DNA of 64,000 nt from Candidatus Kaiserbacteria bacterium RIFCSPLOWO2_01_FULL_45_25 (lineage in GTDB: Bacteria > Patescibacteriota > Minisyncoccia > Phycocordibacterales > UBA918): positions 6,672 through 70,671 of the forward strand of contig MFLT01000003.1 of NCBI GenBank assembly GCA_001781415.1. Direction: 5' to 3'. The notes below the pieces were generated by a model. It was not told where the DNA came from. It made no database searches and worked only from the letters and a program-made list of their open reading frames with translations. Below are positions 57,096 through 64,000 of this stretch, in pieces (the first letter of the stretch is position 1; each line of letters starts with the position of its first letter). The translations under genes and the position numbers were made by a program.

Positions 57096-58097
57096 ATGAA
57101 AGAACGATTTGAAACCACCTTAAAGGCAGTAGCCAAAGAAGAACTGACGGAGAATGATACTGATGCTATCGAAATGATTGAGCGCTTTGTCGATGCTGAA
57201 ACTATGGACCAAATTCGTCAGCTGCAATTAGGAAAACTAGATTTAGTTAACCAACTTAAAGAATGGCGAAAAAAGTTTTGGGAAGACGAGGAGGCGAAGG
57301 ATCACGAATCAGGGCTTGAGGATAGACCCGGTGCAAAAACTCTATATCTAAAAGATGGTGCATATCAGATATTCACCAATGGTGGAGAAACCATAACCCT
57401 CAGCAAGGGCGAAGTCATGAGCGCTAGCGAGTGGGGTTTTTGGTGGAAGTTTGATGATACCGTGCCGCGAGAAGACCAAACCGAAATCATGTCCAAGCAG
57501 GTGCGTAACTTAATTGCAGCCGAGTACGATAGGCAACTAATTGAATATGGATCTGTCGACACACTTTCGGATAATTATAAACGCGAAACATACCAAGCCA
57601 TTAAGGAGAAAAATCTTAACCTGGAGACTATGCCTTCAGGTATTCTGGCCGAAAAGATGATTACATCGCTTTTAATCAAACAAATGCATGATGACCCTTC
57701 CCTTTCATTTAGGATTAAAAGTGTTGATGTATATGAAGACGTTGAACACAAAATTGACTTCATTCTTGAATTAAAAGATTACACACGTGGCGTTAAGGTT
57801 GGAGAACCACACAGTTTTGGTATTCAATTCACACTGAACCCAGGCGCTACCGCCAAAAAAGAGCAGCAGATTGAGCGAGTAAAAAGAAACTCAATCCACG
57901 AGACAGAAGTTGATGACATCATGCTCATCACCATCCCCCTTAGTGATGTTAAGGAAAAATATGAATTGTGGGCCTCTGCCAAAAAAAGTAAGCGTGATCC
58001 TAGGGGTCCAGACAACCTCTGGTCGGAAGAGACCAAAAAAACTATTATTGAAGGACTACTAAAGCGAATTGAAGATTCACACCATCCATACGCCTAA
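57096..58097 (+). CDS. Hypothetical protein
   Basis: ORF with the downstream terminator aaagcgccgccccgattggggcggcgcttta. No family recognised. Confidence 0.45.
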   Translation: MKERFETTLKAVAKEELTENDTDAIEMIERFVDAETMDQIRQLQLGKLDLVNQLKEWRKKFWEDEEAKDHESGLEDRPGAKTLYLKDGAYQIFTNGGETITLSKGEVMSASEWGFWWKFDDTVPREDQTEIMSKQVRNLIAAEYDRQLIEYGSVDTLSDNYKRETYQAIKEKNLNLETMPSGILAEKMITSLLIKQMHDDPSLSFRIKSVDVYEDVEHKIDFILELKDYTRGVKVGEPHSFGIQFTLNPGATAKKEQQIERVKRNSIHETEVDDIMLITIPLSDVKEKYELWASAKKSKRDPRGPDNLWSEETKKTIIEGLLKRIEDSHHPYA

Positions 58098-58166
58098 CAA
58101 AAGCGCCGCCCCGATTGGGGCGGCGCTTTATAGACACTTCATCTCTTCTCTTGTATAGTTCGAGCC

Positions 58167-59330
58167 ATGATTCTACTCTCTATTGAGACCAGCTGCGACG
58201 AGACCGCTATTTCGATTGTCGAAATTGTTGGAGATTTCCCGAACGCCACATACAAGGTACTCGGCAACGCCCTCTTTTCTCAAATTGAAATTCATCGTGA
58301 GTTTGGTGGGGTTTTTCCTGCTATCGCCAAACGTGAGCATATCGCTACCATTCTCCCAATGCTCGAGAAAGCTCTCCACGAAAGTAACCTTCCACATGAA
58401 GCTGCCCCATACCTACCAGAAACTGCTACCCAAATTAAATCAATCCTGGACCGTGAGTTTGGCTTAGCTGACCAACTCCTACATTTTCATGAGCACTACG
58501 GTATTCCAACCATTGACGCTATCGCGGTTACAAGTGGCCCGGGCCTTGAGCCAGCCCTTTGGGTTGGAGTTAACTTTGCCAAAGCGATTGCGCACTTATG
58601 GAACGTACCAGTAGTACCAGTCGATCATATGGAAGGTCATGTTCTGGCCTCAATCTTTGATGGACATCACCTAGCCGAAGTACACTTTCCTTCAATCGCA
58701 CTACTAGTCTCCGGCGGGCACACCGAAATTATTTTGATGCCCGATTGGGGCAAATACCAAAAAATCGGACAAACCCGCGACGACGCCGTTGGTGAGGCTT
58801 TTGATAAAGTCGCTCGCCTACTTGGCCTCCCATATCCTGGTGGACCAGAGATTAGTAAAATGGCTGCTCATGCTAGAGAGGTCAACTTACCTGAATACCT
58901 CGCCCTCCCACGACCAATGATGCACTCCGGCGACCTGGACTTCTCTTTCTCTGGACTCAAGACGGCAGTGCGCTACGGCATCGAAGGCAAAACCCTCACT
59001 GAGGATGAGAAGTTTGCACTGGCGCGTGATTTTGAAAATGCCGCTATTGAAGTACTCATCCACAAATCGATAAAAGCTATAGAGCAACACTCGGCTCGAA
59101 GCTTTATCCTCGGAGGCGGAGTATCCGCGAACTCATATTTACGCAATGCCGCCCAAGGCCTCGCTACCCCACAGTCCTTCCCCGACCTCCAAGTATTTCT
59201 ACCAGAAAAGTCTCTTTCAACAGACAACAGTGTCATGATTGCACTCGCTGGCCACGCCCACTTAGTAGATGCAGAAACCCCAACCAACTTCATGAACACA
59301 GTCCGAGTAGACGGCAACCAATCCCTCTAA
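58167..59330 (+). CDS. tsaD: tRNA N6-adenosine threonylcarbamoyltransferase (Kae1/TsaD family)
   Basis: MILLSIETSCDETAISIV... and the metal-binding HxxxH context (HMEGHV). Confidence 0.85.
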   Translation: MILLSIETSCDETAISIVEIVGDFPNATYKVLGNALFSQIEIHREFGGVFPAIAKREHIATILPMLEKALHESNLPHEAAPYLPETATQIKSILDREFGLADQLLHFHEHYGIPTIDAIAVTSGPGLEPALWVGVNFAKAIAHLWNVPVVPVDHMEGHVLASIFDGHHLAEVHFPSIALLVSGGHTEIILMPDWGKYQKIGQTRDDAVGEAFDKVARLLGLPYPGGPEISKMAAHAREVNLPEYLALPRPMMHSGDLDFSFSGLKTAVRYGIEGKTLTEDEKFALARDFENAAIEVLIHKSIKAIEQHSARSFILGGGVSANSYLRNAAQGLATPQSFPDLQVFLPEKSLSTDNSVMIALAGHAHLVDAETPTNFMNTVRVDGNQSL

Positions 59331-59437
59331 GAGCCTATCCAAGACTTCAAATAAGGCTTATTTATGGTAGTATGGAAAAACTAACCTTTTTAGTTATGAG
59401 TTCAACCCGTTAGAAAGGCAAAATAATTTCACAACAT

Positions 59438-61654
59438 ATGGAAACAGAAAATACTAATCAAAATAAGAATCTTTCTAACGGGGCGAGCACACCACAAAAC
59501 AACCCAAACACCCCGGAACTCTTTAAGAGCCCGTACGACCCTCAAGCCCACGAAGCGACTATTTATAAGCTCTGGGAAGATTCAGGGTATTTTAATCCAG
59601 ACAACCTACCTGGTGACCGAACCGAACCCTTCACTATTGTGATGCCTCCACCAAACGCTAATGGCTCTCTCCATGCCGGTCATGCTCTTTTCGTGACCGT
59701 CGAGGATATCATGATGCGCTACGAGCGAATGAAGGGTAAAAAGACTTTGTGGATTCCTGGAGCTGACCACGCTGGCTTTGAGACACAAGTGGTGTACGAA
59801 AAGAAACTAGAAAAAGAGGGTCGCTCTCGCTTCCAAATGACTCGCGAAGAACTCTACGCTGAGATTCTTGAGTTTACTCTTTCCAATAAATCATTCATGG
59901 AGGGACAGATTCGTTCTCTTGGCGCTTCGTGTGATTGGTCACGTGGACTCTTCACACTCGATGAACGCGTAAAGACAATTGTATACAGTACTTTCAAACA
60001 ACTTGAAACTGACGGACTTCTCTATCGTGGCGCACGTTCAAGTAACTGGTGTCCAAAACACCAAACTTCTTTTTCAAACCTAGAAGTAGAACACGAGCAA
60101 AGAGTTGACCCATTTTATTATTTCCAATATGGACCATTTGTAATTGGTACCGCTCGTCCAGAAACTAAGTTTGGAGACAAGTATGTAGTGATGCACCCAG
60201 ACGACGCCCGTTACGCAGAATATACTCACGGCCAACAAATCGAACTTGAATGGATTAATGGTCCAATTACCGCCACTGTTATCAAGGATGAAGCTGGTGA
60301 CCCAGAAATGGGTACTGGTGTGATGACTATCACTCCATGGCATTCAGCTATCGACTTTGAAATCGCCAAGCGCCACAACCTAGACTACGAACAAATCATC
60401 GATTGGCGAGGCAAACTCCTCCCGATTGCGCAAGAGTTTGCTGGAATGGATATTCGTGACGCTCGCAAGAAGATTGTTGAGAAGCTAGATGCCAAAGGTT
60501 TACTCGTACGAATTGATGAAAAATACGAGCACGCCGTACCTTGTTGCTACAAGTGTAACCGTGAGATTGAACCACAAATTAAAGAGCAGTGGTTTGTAAA
60601 CATGAAGCCACTAGCCGAGAAAGCTCTAGCGGCACTAGATGAGGGTAAATTTACTTTTGTCACTGAGCGTGATGAACGTGTCTTCCGCCACTGGTTAACT
60701 AATATCGAAGATTGGCCAATTGCTCGCCAGATTGCTTGGGGTATTCCAATTCCGGCCAAAGTTTGTGTAGATTGCCACCACGGCATGGTAGATATTGATA
60801 ACACCATCACTACCTGTACCAAGTGCGGTGGTAAAGTTGAACAAGAACAAGACACGTTTGACACTTGGTTCTCTTCTGGTCAGTGGCCACTAGCCACTAC
60901 CGATTTTGGAGGCAAGAGTGATGACTTCAAAAACTTCTACCCGACTTCTGTCATGGAGACCGGTAAGGACATTCTTTTCTTCTGGGTGGCTCGTATGGTT
61001 ATGCTCGGTCTGTACTGTACTGGAGAAGTACCATTCAAGAAAATTTACCTGCACGGCATGGTCCGTGACAAACACGGCAAGAAGATGAGTAAGAGTAAAG
61101 GCAACGTAATCGCGCCAAGTGAAATTCAAGAGAAGTACGGCACCGACGCTCTACGCATGGGTCTTATGGTCAACAACGTACCTGGTACCGATATGAACCT
61201 AGACCCAGACAAGGTCAACGCCTACAAAAAGTTCGCCAACAAGCTCTGGAACATTACTCGCTTTGTTCTCGATAATACCGGAGATTACGTACCACCAGTT
61301 GAACATACTGAAGCTGATACAAAGTTTGAAAATGAATTTTTGCACCCGATGGTCGCCGAGATTAATGCTGACATGGAAAAAGACCGCTTTGACCTAGCTG
61401 CCGAAAAAATTTACCACTTTGTTTGGGACCATTTCGCAAGTCTGGTACTCGAGGAATCAAAACCTCTCTTGGCTGGCACACCAGCTGAGCGTGCTTCACG
61501 TCAACGTATGCTCCACCACTATCTTGTAACTTCACTCAAACTCCTCCACCCATTCATGCCGTTTGTGACCGAGACTATCTGGCAAGAACTACCAAAAACT
61601 ATGAAAGATACCGACCTCCTCATGGTTGCTAAGTGGCCTGAGAAACGGTCTTAA
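59438..61654 (+). CDS. valS: Valyl-tRNA synthetase (compact 738-aa form)
   Basis: HIGH motif PPPNANGSLHAGHAL, KMSKS motif KMSKSKGN, ValRS-type WPIARQIAWGIPIP. Lacks the long C-terminal coiled coil of canonical ValRS. Confidence 0.8.
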   Translation: METENTNQNKNLSNGASTPQNNPNTPELFKSPYDPQAHEATIYKLWEDSGYFNPDNLPGDRTEPFTIVMPPPNANGSLHAGHALFVTVEDIMMRYERMKGKKTLWIPGADHAGFETQVVYEKKLEKEGRSRFQMTREELYAEILEFTLSNKSFMEGQIRSLGASCDWSRGLFTLDERVKTIVYSTFKQLETDGLLYRGARSSNWCPKHQTSFSNLEVEHEQRVDPFYYFQYGPFVIGTARPETKFGDKYVVMHPDDARYAEYTHGQQIELEWINGPITATVIKDEAGDPEMGTGVMTITPWHSAIDFEIAKRHNLDYEQIIDWRGKLLPIAQEFAGMDIRDARKKIVEKLDAKGLLVRIDEKYEHAVPCCYKCNREIEPQIKEQWFVNMKPLAEKALAALDEGKFTFVTERDERVFRHWLTNIEDWPIARQIAWGIPIPAKVCVDCHHGMVDIDNTITTCTKCGGKVEQEQDTFDTWFSSGQWPLATTDFGGKSDDFKNFYPTSVMETGKDILFFWVARMVMLGLYCTGEVPFKKIYLHGMVRDKHGKKMSKSKGNVIAPSEIQEKYGTDALRMGLMVNNVPGTDMNLDPDKVNAYKKFANKLWNITRFVLDNTGDYVPPVEHTEADTKFENEFLHPMVAEINADMEKDRFDLAAEKIYHFVWDHFASLVLEESKPLLAGTPAERASRQRMLHHYLVTSLKLLHPFMPFVTETIWQELPKTMKDTDLLMVAKWPEKRS

Positions 61655-61715
61655 TCCCCGACCAACCAAAAAAGCCAACATCAGTTGAAGTCCTACCTGG
61701 TACAATGTACTAAGT

Positions 61716-62417
61716 ATGGCTTCAACTGATTTTGCTATTGCCTTCTTAGCGGGACTAATCCCGATACTCTTTTGGCTTTGGTTTTGGCTCCATGAAGACA
61801 GACAAAGGCCTGAACCAATTATCCTCATCATCATCACCTTTCTCGCTGGCATGATGGTTGTTCCTATAGCCCTCCCTCTTCAAAAAATGGCTATCGATCT
61901 CTACACTGGAAACAACGTGATGTTTGTCTGGGTCATCATAGAGGAAGTACTTAAGTACTCTGCGGCGTTAATAATCATCTTTTGGAACAAAGCAGTTGAT
62001 GAACCAATTGATTACATCATTTACCTCATCACTATTGCGCTCGGGTTTGCCGCGCTAGAAAATACGCTCTTTATGCTAAATCCCCTCTCAGCTGGAGACT
62101 ATGTAACCGTTGCAGTCACTGGCTCATTCCGCTTCTTAGGGGCTACACTGCTCCATGTGCTCGCTTCAGCGACCATTGGTGTATTTATTGCTTTTGCGTT
62201 TTATCGCAGTACAGCGGAAAAAGTGATGTTTGGCACCTTTGGGTTGTTCATTGCTATTTTATTGCATGCTTTGTTTAACTTTTTTATAATGGAAGCAAGT
62301 GGAGGAGGAATTCTAATCATCTTCCTCTTTGTCTGGATGGGAATAGTAGCCCTGTTCCTTTTATTCGAAAAAATAAAATTATTAGAAGTAACGAAGCGTC
62401 CACTCATCCGTAAATAA
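61716..62417 (+). CDS. prsW: PrsW-family intramembrane metalloprotease
   Basis: Motifs EEVLKY (EExxK), FAALEN and LLHALFNFF in a polytopic membrane protein. Confidence 0.7.
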   Translation: MASTDFAIAFLAGLIPILFWLWFWLHEDRQRPEPIILIIITFLAGMMVVPIALPLQKMAIDLYTGNNVMFVWVIIEEVLKYSAALIIIFWNKAVDEPIDYIIYLITIALGFAALENTLFMLNPLSAGDYVTVAVTGSFRFLGATLLHVLASATIGVFIAFAFYRSTAEKVMFGTFGLFIAILLHALFNFFIMEASGGGILIIFLFVWMGIVALFLLFEKIKLLEVTKRPLIRK

Positions 62418-62423
62418 AACTTT

Positions 62424-62939
62424 ATGAAAAAACCATCATTTCTAGAACGACTCACCGGCTCAGTTCCAGCCCAAGATTACGATCGCATTCTCGATGAAGA
62501 GCATCGTTTTGGCGATGAGGTTGACCAAGAAACTGAAACTTTCACTGAAGATGAGGAGTGGGACGCTGATGCCCAGGGCGAACACACCCAACAAGAAGGA
62601 GAACTCCCAGTTGATATGTATCAAACCAATGACGCCATCATCATTAAGGCCTTGGTAGCAGGCGTGAGTCCAACAGACCTAGACATCTCAATCACTCGCG
62701 ACATGGTCACTATCCGTGGCGTTCGAGAAGAATACCAAGAAACCAACGACGACAACTATTTCCACCGCGAACTATTCTGGGGAGGATTCACTCGCACTCT
62801 CGTCCTACCAGAAGAAGTAGTAATTGATGAAGCTGAAGCCCAAGAGAAGCATGGACTACTCGAGATCCGTCTACCAAAACTAGATAAGCACCGCAGCACC
62901 CAACTCAAAGTCCGTTCCAATATCGTCGCTGGTAAATAA
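62424..62939 (+). CDS. Hsp20/alpha-crystallin-family small heat-shock protein
   Basis: ACD region DMYQTNDAIIIKALVAGV...GLLEIRLPK. Confidence 0.8.
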   Translation: MKKPSFLERLTGSVPAQDYDRILDEEHRFGDEVDQETETFTEDEEWDADAQGEHTQQEGELPVDMYQTNDAIIIKALVAGVSPTDLDISITRDMVTIRGVREEYQETNDDNYFHRELFWGGFTRTLVLPEEVVIDEAEAQEKHGLLEIRLPKLDKHRSTQLKVRSNIVAGK

Positions 62940-62986
62940 AAAAGAATATGAAAACGAGCTGCACAGGCAGCTCGTTTTTTTGCATC

Positions 62987-63298
62987 TCACACCGAAGCGC
63001 TCGAGAAGTAAAACTTTCCACGCCAGAAGCGGACCAACACGTGATCTTTTTGCTTAAACATTGAAGTCCTAACGTCCCGCAGAACTAACCGGTTCTGCTC
63101 AGCCACACAGATGAGTACTGATCCGATATCGACATGGTGGACTTCTACAGCCCGCAGAGTGTCGTTACGCACCAAAATGAGCTTGGCGTTGGTATGTTTG
63201 GAGAACTTCTCCACACTCAAGAGTTGGTAGTCTGGAATAGGAACCGAGGTTAGCTTGGAGCAGTTAAAGACCAAGAACAGAAGAACTGTGAATGCTTT
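62987..63298 (-). CDS. Small secreted protein (start at MKAFTVLLFLV)
   Basis: Signal peptide, ~100 aa. Confidence 0.4.
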   Translation of the reverse strand, partial: KAFTVLLFLVFNCSKLTSVPIPDYQLLSVEKFSKHTNAKLILVRNDTLRAVEVHHVDIGSVLICVAEQNRLVLRDVRTSMFKQKDHVLVRFWRGKFYFSSASV

Positions 63299-63311
63299 CA
63301 TAACAAGCCTC

Positions 63312-63617
63312 CTATTCTGGAAACCAAAAACGCGACTGACCAGCGGCACAATAGACAAGGCCGCCGTTAACCGCCAAATGAAGTACGGCTTTGGTCACCA
63401 CCCCATCATGAATTATGCGACCAGAAGCCATACGACAAGCCATCACAGCCCCGAGGTCATTTGGGTAGAGCTGTACTGGATAACGTGGAAAATTTGGTAG
63501 AACAATCACATCCTTGCTGAGAAGTTCCCAATCACTAAAAATTAATTTGTTGTGATCAATTTTGGCCTGCACCGGGAGCGCGACTAGCGCCAACGAAATC
63601 AACAGTTGTGCTTTCAT
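63312..63617 (-). CDS. Small secreted protein (start at MKAQLLISLALVALPVQA)
   Basis: Signal peptide, ~100 aa. Tandem with the 62987..63298 gene. Confidence 0.45.
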   Translation of the reverse strand: MKAQLLISLALVALPVQAKIDHNKLIFSDWELLSKDVIVLPNFPRYPVQLYPNDLGAVMACRMASGRIIHDGVVTKAVLHLAVNGGLVYCAAGQSRFWFPE

Positions 63618-63699
63618 GGTTACACCTCCAGGTTTGACGATAAACAATAGAACTTTGAGACTAGGCTAATTATAGAAGCATTGTGGTGATTGTAAACAC

Positions 63700-64000
63700 A
63701 TCCGGATGTCTATCCTCGGGCTAGGGCCGCGAGTACAGCCAACCGGAACCAGGTGTGTTGGCGGCGTGCTCGACCCAGAATAGCGGCTACTTTACGGCAC
63801 TTCGTACCGTAAAGTAGACTCGCTTTCTTGGTCGGCTCCTCCTTGTTTTGTTCGCTAGAAAGCTCACAAAACGTCGTCCGGAGCTTCGAGCCCGCCCCCA
63901 AGCTACAAACAGAAACGGCGGAAACACTTTCGTGTTTCCGCCGTCTGTTTGGCGGGCTGATCCTGCGGTCACCAACGTACTTTGCTCCAAGTATTCGCAA
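63700..64000 (-). repeat. tRNA-linked composite repeat element, copy I (second core variant, minus orientation, truncated by the window end)
   Basis: Reverse complement reads ...gtgaccg|caggatcagcccgcc, terminator palindrome caaacagacggcggaaacacgaaagtgtttccgccgtttctgtttg, inverted T-arm, then the core gaagctccggacga...aaggaggagccgaccaagaaagcgagtct...gccgctattctgggtcgagc (compare copy D). The 63710..64000 ORF is therefore most likely spurious. Confidence 0.5.

Noticed and set aside
63710-64000. 96-aa minus-strand ORF at the window end
   Set aside because: The region is a copy of the tRNA-linked repeat core (second variant) with its palindromes. Coding is unlikely.
63700-64000. RNase P RNA, SRP RNA or other housekeeping ncRNA in GC-rich non-coding blocks
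   Set aside because: None of the universal motifs are present (GGAAAGUCCGG, AGGGUGAAA, GUAAGAGCGCACC for RNase P; the GGAAG/AGCAG domain IV for SRP). The blocks are explained by the repeat family.
1-64000. CRISPR arrays, diversity-generating retroelements, rRNA operons, transposase or integrase genes
   Set aside because: No regularly spaced short direct repeats. No reverse-transcriptase, transposase or integrase-like ORF in any frame. No rRNA-like conserved stretches recognised.

Overview
This 64-kb window looks like chromosomal DNA from a small-genome bacterium of the Patescibacteria/CPR type. That placement is an inference from gene content: compact housekeeping genes, short IF-2, RelA/SpoT and ValRS forms, and many TrbC/VirB2-like 'T4SS-pilin' paralogs. 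No database search was run; nothing here was computed.

Housekeeping genes recognised: topA (3' end), rel, parB-like, miaA, an OmpR-family regulator plus histidine kinase pair, rarA, clpB, a cysteine desulfurase, infB, rbfA, trhO, gyrA, rpsA, pth, lepB, a HisRS-like gene, rpsU, ybeY, ftsA, ftsZ, trxB, glmS, tsaD, valS, prsW and hsp20. There are nine tRNA genes: Leu-CAA, Trp, Tyr, Cys, Leu-TAA, Lys, Leu-TAG, Glu and Val.

Accessory and unusual content:
1. A modular family of structured repeat elements sits directly 3' of seven of the eight plus-strand tRNA genes; the eighth, tRNA-Val, carries the palindrome-flanked islet in item 4. Each copy rebuilds the adjacent tRNA's own 3' end as a perfect palindrome, then carries a conserved core ending in TACTTAGTRAYTYGTGACC, then a direct repeat of the tRNA T-loop-to-3' end. 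Some are tandem, and one is truncated at the window end.
2. A second dispersed stem-loop element of about 90 nt (loop TTCGACCCCGCAGGGAG, with compensatory stem changes) occurs in five copies.
3. A GC-rich cassette-like gene array (about 12.5-17.3 kb, 18.6-19.5 kb, 26.3-26.8 kb, 49.6-50.1 kb) reuses a near-identical promoter and a C(UUCG)G-loop terminator module. It carries a Phd/RelE pair, a Bax-inhibitor-1/YccA-like protein, a RhuM fragment and a transglutaminase-like protein.
4. A 1.6-kb islet at tRNA-Val, flanked by 46-bp palindromes, encodes a transglutaminase-like cysteine peptidase.
5. There are two pilin-like gene clusters, one with a pilin fused to an M15-peptidase-like domain, and an SPFH/NfeD-like pair.
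6. A four-gene minus-strand cluster with a HAMP-domain membrane sensor shares a 22-nt 5'-leader motif.
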